Source: Octopus bimaculoides
Taxonomy: Eukaryota
Reading direction: 5' to 3'
Length of the DNA: 64,000 nucleotides
Assembly: GCF_001194135.2 (NCBI RefSeq)
Contig: NC_068982.1
Location: forward strand, 127,987,315 to 128,051,314
The translations under genes were made by a program, and so were the position numbers. The stretch's first letter is position 1, and every line of letters starts with the position of its first letter. Positions 48,373 through 61,549 of the stretch are shown here, one piece after another. The notes below the pieces were generated by a model. It ran no database searches, was not told the DNA's origin, and was given only the letters and a program-made list of their open reading frames with translations.

Positions 48373-48730
48373 GTAATATCCAAAGTTTGATGATGATTAT
48401 GATTATGATGAAAGTGCAAGGGCTCTGCAATTTACTATATCTTTCCACCCACCATTATATTTAAAAATTGCATAATATCCTTTGATGTCATCCAGCTGAT
48501 TTGTTTCAACCAAAGGATCTGTTTCGAATTCGTAAGTATGTTTCCACACAAACAATGCAAACTAAAATCATCTGCTTTCATCAGGAATTGTTCAAACAGG
48601 CTTAATTTCTGCATTTGTTGTACACCTTTAGAAAAGAAAGGATCTATCGTTTAGTGTACAGTTAGTCATTATTGATAAAACTGATCTCATTGAATGTAAA
48701 AGTTTCTGAGATAATTGACTCTCAAATATA

Positions 48731-49122
48731 TTCTTTTATTTGTTTCAGTCATTTGACTGCAGCCATGCTGGAGCATCACTTCTAGTCGAACAAATTGACC
48801 CTAGGACTTATTCTTTGTAAGCCTAGTACTTATTCTATCGGTCTATTTTGCCAAACTGCTAAGTTACAGGAATGTAAACACACCAACATCGGTTGGCAAG
48901 TGATGGTTGGTGGGGGGGGGAAAAACACAGACACACAAACATATATACATACATACATGACGGGCTTCTTTAAGTTTCCATCTACCAAATCTACTCACAA
49001 GGCTTTGGTTGGCCTGAGGCTATAGTAGAAGACACTTGCCTACGGTGCCACGCAATGGGACTGAACCCAGAATCATGTGGTTGGTAAGCAAATTACTTAC
49101 CACATAGCCACTCCTACACCTA
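48731..49122 (-). mobile_element. SINE-1, full length
   Basis: Reverse complement of the 16735 copy. Confidence 0.85.
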
Positions 49123-50550
49123 TGGAAACTTGCGATGTTTAAAGCTAATTGCATAAACGGTAAAGTCTCCCACATAACGTCATTAAGTCACTGGAATTGG
49201 TCATTGCTGTCTGGATTATATGGAATGAGACATTGTCACTATGATTTATTCCCGATTTTAATTTTAAGAATTCTGATGTCTTAAACTGAGATTCTAGTTC
49301 ACATGCATGTAAGTTGTATTCCCAGAGAAAACAAATAATTGAGTCTAAGGTTTAATTATTGTTGTATCACTGATACCTGGACAGGAATAGGCTAATGTGA
49401 ACCTTGTGTACTCATCAACAATAAGCAAAATGTACTTAAGTTCTTATTCTTTGTACAAGGTTCCTTTAGCCGCATAATGTCAATTGATCATCTTTCCAGT
49501 AGCTGGAATTGTGCATATCAGCACCTTACATTGCAAGAAGTACAATGCAAAAGAACCAATCTGATAATACAATGATCGATAATCTTAGCTTTAAATTTAT
49601 AGAATCTTTCAGAATCTCATTAGGAAGATGTTCTTTATGGAGTAAGTCATTTGGTTCTCTTTGTGTTACCCGCAACACTCACCATCTTTCATTAGATGCT
49701 ATTCTTCAAATCACATCTAACTACCTTCTTAGCTAATTTCTCTCCTGGTCTTATCCTTTAAAAATGTCATGCATGTAAACATAATCTTTAAGTGGAAGAA
49801 GCTGAATGACTGTAAGGTAATGAAAGTTTTCTTAAGTTCAGTAAAGTAATTGAGTGGTAGATACTGTCTTTAGTTTCATGATTTCTGACAATTTCCCAAA
49901 TCTCCTGGTTAAATAGTTAAGCTTATGAAATCGGACTTAACAATTGTTGACTCAATTCCAGATCACAATAATACTCCTCACTTTCATTCTTGCTTTCATG
50001 ATAATGCTATTTTTCAAGAGAGAGTGAGTGGGTGGGGAGGACTCTTTGATTAATAGTAATAGTGAGATTGTTTCACCATAGCTCTGCTATACCTATCTCA
50101 CCTATTGATCAAATGGTAATATCAAACCACTTAAAGACACTCTATTATTATGCTAAATTATATAAACATAAACTCTAATTTCAGATTAATGTTGTGCTGT
50201 TACTTTTGTTAATTTTAAGCTTTTGTTAATTTTACTGTTTCATATTTTTCTGTTCTTAAGGAAAGGCAAATGTGGTTCTACTTTCTTTTAAATATGTTGC
50301 ATACCTAATGGATGAGTTCTCTCCCTTATTTAAACTAGGTTTTGTGTTTTGTAACGTATCATGTGCTGAGTGAGTTCACTTCCTTATTTAGAAGTTTTAT
50401 CATTTAGTGAATAAAACCCTTGGTTTATTGACCCCTAATTGTTACTTCTTACAACATGCACCATGAAAGGTATTCTTCAATCAGCTGGAATGATTTGAAT
50501 GATTCCTTACGACACATTGATACAGCAAGGACTTTGATAATTACTATAAG

Positions 50551-50760
50551 GTGGTGAGCTGGCCAAAATGTTAGCACGTCGGGCGAAATGCTTAGCAGTA
50601 TTTCGTCTGTCTTTAAATTCTGAGTTCAAATTCTGCTGCGGTTAACTTTGCCTTTCATCCTTTCAGGGTCAATAAATTAAGTAGCGTACTGAGGTCGATC
50701 TAATCAACTGCCCCCCCCCAAAAAAAATTTTGGGCCTTGTGCCTAGAGTAGAAAAGATTA
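50551..50760 (+). mobile_element. SINE-3, full length
   Basis: ggtggtgagctggcc..gagttcaaattc..gcctagagtagaaaagattat. Confidence 0.8.
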
Positions 50761-51359
50761 TCTATGACTACTATGGACACCACCAAAAGTTTCTATACTC
50801 CTTATCACTTCCACATCATTGTCGTCATCAACCCTTCACTCACTCTAGTCACACTCAACAACACTGTCTACTAAAACTACTGAAATCAACACACCAACAC
50901 CATGCTCATCTTCTGGATACTCTTGCCACGTAAATTTGTAATTCTCTTCTTGGCTTCCTTCACCACTTTCACACCACTCCCCTTTTTTCTTGTCTTTGGC
51001 ACACACTACATGTCTACTCTTCTTCGGATCAGTGCCTCCACCACTTAACCTGATCTCTTTTTCATCATTCCTGTATTCTACATCTCAAACCTTATTATAT
51101 ACCAGTCTCCACAAGGGACATCATAAAGGGACTGACTTACTTTGACCAGGTTTCCTCATTGTTTTGACCATAATAAAAAAAGAACAGTAATAAATGAGTG
51201 AAAAAAAGATGTATAGTATGTGTGTTTATTTGGCAAAAAAAAAAGATGATCAACCTGAAATACAATAATTTCAAATTCTTACATTAATATTGTGTCGCTT
51301 GAACAAATTGAAACTAATCCTTATAGAAGTATTATTATGAAGGACTTAAATGTAGATCA

Positions 51360-51780
51360 TTGTTATTATCATCACTAACATCCAATTTTCCATACTTGCA
51401 TGGGTCAGATGCATTTTGTTGAGGCAGGTTTTCTGCAGCCCACTATCTTTCCTGTTACTAACCCTCACCTGTTTCAAAACAACGTCGTATTTTCCTGTAG
51501 CCAGACAGGTTCTTCACAGAATACTAGAAACAAACATCACCACTTGTATAACAGTGGTACTCATTTATACTGCACTTAAGTTGCATAAATTGAATTTATA
51601 GTATAACATTATTAATAAATTACCAAGTACAAAAACATATGTAACAGATGAAATAAACGAACAGAGTTCATGCCACTGTTATTTTCATCACACATACACA
51701 CAACACGTTTTTTTTTAGTTTCCATCCACTAAAGCCCATTCACAAGGTTTTGGTCAACCAAAGGCTATAGTGGAAGGTAT
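51360..51780 (-). mobile_element. SINE-2, diverged
   Basis: gcatgggtcagatg..ttgttgaggcagg tail; agtttccatc..cacaaggttttggtc core. Confidence 0.55.
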
Positions 51781-52629
51781 GGTTAAATATGGTTAAAGGT
51801 GCTGTACAATGAGTCTGAATGGAAAATATAATTAAATTTGTAAAACTTGAAAAATTAGAGCCACCCTTTAAATCCTTTTCAGGAGCAGTTTCCTTTCCTC
51901 AAACATTGCTTTACATTTCTTTAGATATATTTAGATTATATATGTCACCATTCTATTCCACACAGTACCATTTGAAGTTATTTGTATTTTCAAAATAACA
52001 CAACTTATATATTTATTTTAAAATTTATCAGTATTCTTGTCAATAATATTTGGCATATTTCATTTGTTTGTTTGTTTTGTTTACGATTTTGTTTTTTTAG
52101 TATTTTTTAAAATTGTCAAATTTTTCAATTAATAGTTTTAACAGCAAAAATATTGACTTGTTGATTTTCATTTTATAATTTAGCCAGAATATTTCTGTAG
52201 GATATCAACATATTTCAAGTAGTGAAAGAATGAGCAAGCAAAGCAGAGATAGTCTTGTGCTAATTTTTAAACTTCTTTTTGAACATGAAATAGAAAAATA
52301 AATGAAAAATAGTTGACGTGGTATTTACAAACCAATACTTTTCTATGCTATTGATGAGCAGCTGAGGAACACGATAATTCATTTCGTGGTTTTATTCTTT
52401 CCCTAGAAATATTTAAATAGTTTTTAAAGTTAAGAGCATCAAAATGTCGATAATTAGCTCTTAATTTATGGATAGATGCATAAAATTCAGTTTAAATGTA
52501 AAATGATTACAAAAGTATTGCATGTGATTATTATGCAATATTGATTTCATTTTATATCAGCATTTTAAGATTTACACCAATATTGTTAAATGATATATTT
52601 AAATTAAATTTGGAAGTTTGATAATTGTG

Positions 52630-53035
52630 TCATCATTTCATGTCTGATTTTCCAGGCTTGCATGGGTCAGATGCAATTTGTTAAGGTAGATGTTTTACAG
52701 TCAGATACTCTTCCTGTCTCCAACTCTTGCCTGTTTCTAAACATGGTAATACTCCCCATGGCCAGACATGTTTTTCCACAGAAGACTGAAAGTAAACAAC
52801 ATGACCTACACGATGGCGATACCCAATTCCAACCAACGCATGATGTCAGGACAAGGACACATACATATTTATATGATAGGCTTCTTTCAGTTACCATCTA
52901 CCAAATCCAGTCACCAAGTATTGATCTGCTCAGGGCTATAGAAGCCGCTTGCCAAAGATGTCACACAGTGGAACTGAACCTGAGATTACATGATTGGGAA
53001 GCAAGTTTGACAATCACGCAATCATGCCTGCACCA
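52630..53035 (-). mobile_element. SINE-2, near full length
   Basis: gcttgcatgggtcagatg tail; ggcttctttcagtt..gtggaactgaacc core and head. Confidence 0.65.
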
Positions 53036-53492
53036 GTGTGCATGCGTAAAGCTGTATACGCAAGTTGGTATGGATGTGTTTGTGTGATACCAAGTCCAAG
53101 AGAGGATGCTAGTTGTGAAGATTCATTACCAAAATAATTTCACCGGTTCCTGCATCTGTTTTCTTTATAGTGATGTCATTACTCTAAGAATGGTCTGCAT
53201 CCTTATCAGCATTCTGTGACATGCTGTAAGGGCCTATCTATACACACAACACAGATTTACTAATGAGAATCAACACAAAAATAGCATGCATCTGCACTTG
53301 CAGAATGGTTGCTTTCACTGCCTCAATTTCAAAATGGGAAATATTTGGTTGATGTAAAACAAAATTGTTTGAGACTACTCAGTCACAGAATTTCTCAGCT
53401 GTCCTTACTTCCTAAGTTTGGCTTGTTATGTACTGATGTGTGTGTTTGTATTTTTATAATGTATATATGATTGTCTCTATGTATGATGTGTG

Positions 53493-53523
<31 letters not shown>

Positions 53524-54164
53524 ATGTGTGTGTTCTCTTTCTCTTTTAATTTGTGTGTGTATGTCTCCTCTGTTTTCAATCATTTAAATTCTTCCTTTGA
53601 AGAAGGAGTTGGTTTCTTACAAAGATACATTCTTACAAAGATACATTCCTTGGAATGTAAATAATAAAAACAGTGTCATATTTTAAACCTAAGAAAAGTC
53701 TTGCTTAGTTTTATTGTTCCACATACAGATTGTATTATGTATTTCTGTCTGTGTATGCACATGTCTGTCTGTCCGTCCATCAGTATATTCACTGTTCTGA
53801 TATATTTTTCCAGTTTCTCACCTAAGGTGAAAGAACTGGCTTTGAAACAGAAAATCAAACTCATTACAGTTTAAAATACATGAACTTGCATGTGTGTGTG
53901 TGTGTGTGTATGTGTGTGTGTGTGTGCATGTTTTGGAGGTATGTATATGTATGACTGTAGGTATGCATGCAAGCATACATGTGAATACATATGCCCCATT
54001 TGTTTGTAGGTCTATGTTTTGACTTCTGAGACAGAAGTCTACATGTGCATATGAATTTATCACATGCTAAACTACTGTATGTGTATATGTGAGTGTGTGT
54101 GTATGTATATATATATATATATATGTATATATATTGTTATTATTGTTATTACTATTATTATTAT

Positions 54165-54225
54165 GGTGGTGAGCTGGCAGAATCATTAGCATGCCGGTCG
54201 AAATGCTTAGCGTTATTTCGTCTGT
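54165..54225 (+). mobile_element. SINE-3 5' fragment
   Basis: ggtggtgagctggcagaatcattagcatgccggtcgaaatgcttagc after (TTA)n. Confidence 0.65.
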
Positions 54226-54244
54226 GTAGGTAAGAAGTTATGAT

Positions 54245-54580
54245 ATGAGATTTGCATGCCAGCCACAGTCAAAGGCTTTGCTAATGTGTAGAGTAACAAC
54301 ATTGCCTTCACCAAATTATTCCTAAAGTGAGATCCCACTGGTGGATGACATAGCAGAATTGGTCTTCAATGGTTCTGACTTTGTGAAAGCCATACTGATG
54401 GTCACTGAAGAGAGAAAAGAGTTCACAGTGATAAAAAAATGTCATTGTTAATAGCTGTTGCCATTACTTGAGAAGTGTTAGAAGTGAGTAAAGTAGGACA
54501 ATATGTGACAGAGTTTGAAGGGTTGCCTTTCTTTGGAATGGGCCATACTGGAGCATGCTTCCTAATGCTAGAGTGTGTCC
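54245..54580 (-). pseudogene. CR1/Jockey-like reverse-transcriptase remnant
   Basis: KHAPVWPIPKKGNPS..YCPTLLTS..SQVM / DHQYGFHKVRT / NVVTLHISKAFDCGWH, conserved N-terminal RT motifs with frameshifts. Confidence 0.7.
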
Positions 54581-55773
54581 CCGTAGACAGTGAGAGATTA
54601 AACAGTTAGTAACATTATGTTCTTTAAAATATTTCAGAATGTCAAACATTCCTTTCATATCTAAAAGGAAAGAATGTTTTACTTTTATTGATCGTGTTTT
54701 TCTATTCCTTATACAATATTTTCCATGTAAAATAGCAGAGGAAGAATGTTTATCAGTTATTAAGTGAGAACAAATTAACTCTTCAAATTCCTAATTTCAT
54801 TGGCAAAACTGCCAGTTCAGCTGAGCTCTTTGTAAATGATACAAAGTATGATAAGTTAATCTTTTACAATGACAGTTTATTTCTTCTTAACAAAAGGAAA
54901 ATTAGCTTCCATTGCAACTTGTTTTATGTGAGTTAAGAATATCTTTCATCTATTACAGAATAATGCATAAGCAAAGTAGAGACATTCTTATTTCCAATAA
55001 GTTCAAGTGAAATGTAGATTAGGTTTCAGATATCACACATGCTAGATATCATATACAGGTTAGATATTAAATAAATACTAATATTAGTGTCAAGTTTCAG
55101 GTTGTAAGGAAATGGGAAGATCAATGGGTCAAAACATCTCATTTCTGAGTAAAATAGAAATTGATTCAATGAGTATGATGTAAATGTTTAAAAGTAAACA
55201 TACAGAGATATGTTGTTGTTTTTTTTTTTACCCCAGAAATCTATGAAACAAAACTTGTTTACTATGTCTCTGCATATAGCATTTTCTTAATTTGATATAG
55301 AGTAAGAGATTATATATTTGATCAGTCATTTTATTTTACTAAAATTTACTTGAACACCATGGTGAGATGAATCCTAACGCTAACCATTACAAGTTTTGAA
55401 CTCAGACCTAAGGGAACTAATACTGTTAACTGTAATCGTTTTCCATAGCTTCACTATGTTCACACTGAATGTTTATTAAAAGTAGTTATCACAGTTATGA
55501 CAAAACTTATTAATTCTCACGATATATTTTTAAAACTTGACAATTCTTTTTAATGTAATTCCTGTAAATCTGCAGAGATTTAATTAACAAATTGAAAATA
55601 ACTTCTGGTCACTTTCTCAGGTGCCAAAAGATTCTAATTTCACCTAAAGTTATTGTGAAACGTGAAGATATACCACTTAATGTCAGGTATGAAGCCAGCG
55701 TCTATTAAGGGATATCATAAAAGGCATATAACACAATATTAAAATTCTTGATTTATTTACACACATGCATACA

Positions 55774-55809
<36 letters not shown>

Positions 55810-56974
55810 TATATATTTTTTCTTATATTTCCTTCTCAAACTGGCCAGAAAGCAAAATTGTCAAATTGTAATCTCAGCATTTTGATGATTGATTTCATTT
55901 TATTAACTGCAGAATTTTACTGTTAATAAAATTTTTGCTTTTTAAAAATACATGAAATAGTAAAGATATTGGGAGATTATGTAAAAAGAAATATGATTTA
56001 TATTAAAGAATGTATTTATCAATTTTCATTTAATATTTACTTTTACTGTTATCTTTATGTAAAAATCAATATATTTTTTTAAAAGAGAAAATAACACTGT
56101 TCATATAGTTTCCTGTTATTCTGAATGTATTTACTTTTTTTATATATTATATCTTATAAAAAATCTAGTATTTAATTATTTGTATGGATATTCCTAAGAT
56201 ATTAACTCACTGCAGTTGATGGGATTTTTTATTGATTTTTGAATATTTATTAATGCTGTTGGTATCAGGGATAACAAAATTATGTAACACATCTTACCAT
56301 AAAGGAATTAATATTTCTGTATCAAAATATATATTTAGCTTTGCTTTAAAATTATTTTTGTCCTAAAACCATACTGGAGAGAGGGCATCCATATTTGATA
56401 ACTAATTTTAATCTAACTGCAGCTTAACATGTCTGGTGAAGTTAATGACACATGCTTGCTGGTCACATCGTAAAAGTTTGTAAATTTATCAAGTGTATAC
56501 TTTTCAATCATTAACTCTAAGTATATATACATATATATTTGTCATCTACTGAGGGAAGATGCAAAGTTATAATTGCACCTTAACTGAGTGAGACCTATCC
56601 AATATTCCCTCAAAGTTGTGCATGTGCATGATCACACAGTCACTAAATTAGTATCATGCAACATCAAAATATTGCTGTATATTTTAATTTATGACCTTGT
56701 TTTGATAAACTGTGTGAAAGTTTGAATGCTATACACCAGTTTTGAATTTAGAATATTTTTGCTCAAAGCACCAAAAGTTCTGCTTAGTTGTTCAGAAAAA
56801 TTTGAGGTAACATTGGACCCATTTATAACAAAATTGTATTTGTTCAGTTGTCAGACCCCTATACATTCTTAAGAGTATCCAAATTATTTTAGACTAAGAC
56901 TTAATATATCAATATTTAAAGAGTTATAGGCTTGTATTATTTGGAGTAACTGTCAGTGGACAAAATGCATAGTG

Positions 56975-57142
56975 GTATTTCTTGCGGCTCTTTACATTCT
57001 GAGTTCAAATCCCACTGAGGTCAACTTTGCCTTTCATCCCCTGGAGATAGATAAAGTTATCAGTCAAGTACTGTAATCAATGTAAAAGACTTACCTCTCT
57101 CCTCAAAATTGCTAGCTTTGTGCCAAAAATTATAAAGAATTA
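56975..57142 (+). mobile_element. SINE-3
   Basis: gagttcaaatcccactgaggtcaactttgcc..tgtgccaaaaattataaagaattatt. Confidence 0.65.
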
Positions 57143-57316
57143 TTTGGGGAAGAATACAAAAATACTATTTTATTGTTTTCAGCTAGTTGGCAGTGACCAT
57201 ACTGAGCCATGTAAATAAAATTTATTGGCACTTTCTTTACTTTCTCAATGAAAATAAAATCATTTCACAAAAAAAAAAAAAAAACAGGTGCCTGTATATT
57301 ATTAAAATATATTATA

Positions 57317-57480
57317 CAGATGCAGGAGTGCTGTGTGGTAAGTAGCTTGCTTACCAACCACATGGTCCCGGGTTCAGTCCCACTGCGTGACACCTTGGGC
57401 AAGTGTCTTTTACTATAGCCTCGGGCCAACCAAAGCCTTGTAAGTGGATTTGGTAGACAGAAACTGGAAGAAGCCCGTCG

Positions 57481-57519
<39 letters not shown>

Positions 57520-57749
57520 GTATATATGTATGTGTGTGTATATATTTGTGTGTCTCTTTGTTCCCCCAGCATCGCTTGACAACCAATGCTGGTGTGTTTA
57601 CATCCCCTGTAACTTAGCGGTTCGGCAAAAGGGACTGATAGAATAATTACTAGGCTTACAAAGAATAAGCTCTGAGGTTGATTTGCTCGACTATAAAGGC
57701 GGTGCTCCAGCATGGCCACAGTCAAATGACTGAAACAAGTAAAAGAGTA
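57317..57749 (+). mobile_element. SINE-1, full length
   Basis: Near-identical organisation to 16735-17123. Confidence 0.88.
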
Positions 57750-58113
57750 TGCAATATAGTGGACATAGTGAATAACTTCTTTTGTAGCAATTTCCGCATT
57801 TAATATGTGCATTTAAGGCACATATCTCACTGCTATGCAACATTGCCGATCCAAACATAAGGCAAAAGAGCTTTGTTGCCAATAGCAATAGTAGCTCTAT
57901 GATCTTTCCCAACCTGTTTATACTTTCAGAACAATTGACACTCTGCTAATTACATCTCTTAGGTAATAAAAGCTATCAATTACTTCTAGTGAGCCATCAA
58001 GGTATTTAAGAGAACTTCGTTAAGAAAATAGGAGATACAATTTTAAAATTTAAAAGCTGAAATATTTTTTAACAAACTAATTCATCCTCTTTTCATTTTC
58101 TTTGCAATTCCAG

Positions 58114-58170
58114 AAACTGAATACTGCTTTGCATTACGCATCTTCATCAGGTCTGAAAAATTGTGTCGAG
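58114..58170 (+). CDS. ANKIB1: ANKIB1 third coding exon, 57 nt (KLNTALHYASSSGLKNCVE)
   Basis: Pyrimidine-rich ccAG acceptor, GAG|GTAAGG donor, phase 0-0. Matches recalled human KKNTPLHYAAASGMKACVE. Confidence 0.92.
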
Positions 58171-58487
58171 GTAAGGTTTTAATTTAAAATTTTCTTTGGA
58201 CTATCTCATTTACATCCTTTTGCATCTGACAGCCTGAGTTGGCCAAATTTCATGGTCTAAGTCATTTCTTATTTAGAGTTACTGACCTCCTTGACATAGT
58301 TGTGGGGCTACATCTTGCTTCTATGTGTTATTTTGATACTGTTTTTTCAATGGCTGAATGAATTAACACCAACCATTTACAGAGTTTTCTAGGTGCATTT
58401 CATTGTGACACCAGGGGTACTAGTACTAAAGATGTCATTTCTATCTTCTACATTATCTCCATTCATTTATCATTGTCATCGTCACCG

Positions 58488-58700
58488 TCATCATCGTTTA
58501 ATGTCCATATCCCATGCTGCATGGTTCAGATGGTTTGACAGGATACATTGGGTCCAAGGACTGCATTGTGATCCAGTGTCTGCTTTGGCATGGTTTGTAT
58601 GGCTGGATACCTTTTCTAATGTCAACCACTTCACAGGGTGTACTGGGTACTCTTTTCATTGTACCAGTACTAATGACGTCACCATACAGCTTACAAGCCT
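58488..58700 (-). mobile_element. RTE 3' tail fragment
   Basis: catcatcgtttaatgtcc..ggctggataccttttctaatgtcaaccact. Confidence 0.55.
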
Positions 58701-59642
58701 AAGATTCCCTTTGACTGAGTGGAGATACAATAGAAAGGGAGATGACTTTATGCCAGGAGATGAAGGAATAAAGGATGAGAGAAGGAACTAGAACAGGACT
58801 GGTTTCTTGCTATAGAGGAGCTACACGGCTACTCACATTATAGAAGAGAAGGTGGAACATGCCAAGGTGGAGCTGAAAAGGAATAAAAATTGTAGAGTAA
58901 GGTGTCAGGGTGAACCCTGAAGATACAAGATCAGTAGAAGTGAGTGTGGGTAGGTAGGGATTGCGAGAGTATGAGAGAATGAAAAACAGTTAGTATTGGG
59001 GAAGGGGTGAATGTTAAGGAAGAACAAGTGTTGAGGGATAATAAGTAGAGAAGGTGGAGAAAAGTAGGTGACAACTGTAGAAATTGAATAGGGTTGAGGG
59101 CTGGATGTAGTGAATGGTAGATAAGGTTTCTCTGCATGTGTGTATGATTAAATTGAATTAAACACTGAAGTTAATTACTCAGGATTATTATTCACATGAA
59201 GACCATCAGTTAAATAGAGATGAAAATATTAGCAACTGATTGCAATACTTCTTTTGAAATGCAGTGAGGAGAGATCATTGTCTTAGTGACCATTATTGTG
59301 TTAATCCTTTTGGTAAAGTTGTGGGCGTAAATTGTAGATATGTTTTGATATTATTAGACCTCATTAGTTAACTTAGTGGTAATATATTTAATGAAGTGAA
59401 CATTCAAAGTCTAATTAGAAATAATTAAGTTAGTGAAGAGGAGACAGCATTATCTTAATTACGAATATTATTTGGATCATTTTGGCAAATGTGGATGATA
59501 ATTCCAGATCTGTTTTGGTCTTGTTTAATCTAATCAGCAAACCGGACTTGCCAACGTGGTAATTGGAGAATTGCTAAATAGGTATGAGCATGCATGTGTA
59601 TAAATATGTACATGCTTATGTATATTCATATACATGTGTGTA

Positions 59643-59898
59643 CAGAGCTAACCCTAACCCTAAGTCCGTTAATCGTTAATATTTTCATTAACAATTTAAC
59701 TTCAAGTCAACTTTGAAAATCATTAATGGACTAATTAACTTCTGTTACATTTAGCTTCCGTTAACTCAAGTCCGTTAACCCAAAAATTTCATAAAAACCA
59801 GTTTACGTTAATGGATTAACAATTAATGAAGTTAACTTTTTGGTTAATGGATTAACGATTAATGAAGTTAACTTTTTGATTAACGGTGCCCACTTCTG
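59643..59898. mobile_element. Non-autonomous DNA transposon (hAT-like MITE) with GTTAAC-rich subterminal repeats
   Basis: Right end gattaacggtgcccacttctg; left end cagag..ccgttaatc; internal 36-bp duplication gattaac.attaatgaagttaactttttg. Confidence 0.5.
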
Positions 59899-60617
59899 TG
59901 TATATATTTTTGAGACTGAAAGTAGAGTATCAGAATTTATTAAGCTAAAAGTCCAAAACTTTATTACCCTGTGTTTCATGTCTCCAGTTGAACAATGAAA
60001 CTGGTAATCATTAAAAGGAGTATTTAGAAAGCGAAAACAAAAGTAAAATGAAAATGAAAACTTATGTTTTGGCTGCATGTGTAAAAAGACATTTATATAG
60101 GCAGATAGATAGAAATATTTGATTGTTTGTGTCTAAACAAGACACAGAAAGAAAACAATGAAATATTGTCTGCATATATGTAAATTAATAAACAAGTAAA
60201 CAAAAATGAATAGCAGTGAAATTCAATGCTGTTAACGGCAGCTCAGGTCATTCTCAGAATGTCAATCAGCTCAAATCCTGCAACATCGGTAAAAAAAGCT
60301 ACAGAAAGCTTAGCAAAAATGGTGATTCTGAAATGCATTTGAAATTTGAATTTTCATTCATAAAATCCTGTAAGGTGATCAAAGTCAGCTTGCAACATGG
60401 CACCGATGGAATATGTAAATGGAAAACAAAAGATAAAATTGGAAACAGTCAGAAATTTCTTCATCTTCTGCATATTTCTTTGGAAGATGTGCTTTTTCAA
60501 AACTATCTAACAACCTTTTTGATTTATGTAAACATATACTGAGGATGTTGATACGAGGGTTCAAGATGTTCTTGTTCTGTTGTAATATATACAATAGGCA
60601 TACTGGGGTGTAGGAGT

Positions 60618-61030
60618 CATCATCATTATCATCATCATCGTTTAACGTCCACTTTCTGTGCTAGCATGGGTTGGACAATTTGACTAAGGACTGGCGAACC
60701 AGATGGCTGTACCAGGTTCCAATCTGATCTGACAGAGTTTCTACAGCTGGATGCCCTTCCTAATGCCAACCACTCCGAGAGTGTAACAGGTGCTTTTACG
60801 TGCCACCAGCACGAGGGCCAGTCCAGCGGTACTGGCAACGGCCACTTTCAAATGATGTCTTTTACGTGCCACCCGCAATTTCGATTTCATTTGCCCCGAC
60901 AGGTCTTCGCAAGCGGAGTTTAGTGTCTAATGAAGGAAGGTTGGCATGGGTGCCAGTCGTCGAATTTGGTTCGATTTCGAATTCGATTTCAATATCACTT
61001 GCCTCGACAGGTCTCCGCAAGCAGGGTTTT
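60618..61030 (-). mobile_element. RTE LINE 3' UTR
   Basis: (TCA)n tail and both UTR module types; ends in (TA)n(CA)n at 61036-61130. Confidence 0.8.
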
Positions 61031-61033
61031 GTG

Positions 61034-61132
<99 letters not shown>

Positions 61133-61549
61133 CACACATGTACATATATATAAATATATTAGAACACATAGGTATGTATTTATTTATATAGTTATGTATA
61201 TGTATGCACACACACATACATTCGTATATCAGTATTCATATGTATGATGACAATGAGCAAGCCACAACTTCAGTCACTGTCAACCTTTTCTTTGTAAAAG
61301 TTAAGAAATATATCCTTGACTAAAAATATTCAGTTATCCTTCAGTTTAATGTTAAATTTTTTTTATGTATAACTTGACATGCATATTAAATGATGAGGAG
61401 GATGATGATACACACACATATATGTAGTTGTCTAAGAATCTGTAAGTCAAAAAAATATAGGCACTCATATATTTATCAATAGAATGGGTATAGTAATCAA
61501 AGTGTGCAGTGTTATATATCCATTACAACTGATCTTACCAATTGGCTCC

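Noticed and set aside
48496-48531. In-frame 36-nt AG...GTAAGT candidate micro-exon (LICFNQRICFEF)
   Set aside because: Weak pyrimidine tract; the orthologue alignment needs no insertion there; such matches are expected by chance in a 26-kb intron.
50740-51130. Possible further CR1-like 3' remnants (also about 41100-41500 and 58800-59140)
   Set aside because: Resemblance too faint to support without alignment.
53171-53225. Candidate poison exon starting with TGA
   Set aside because: Splice-like motifs only, no conservation or transcript evidence.
60216-60542. 108-aa ORF in repeat-free sequence
   Set aside because: GTG start, no recognisable motif, no splice context.
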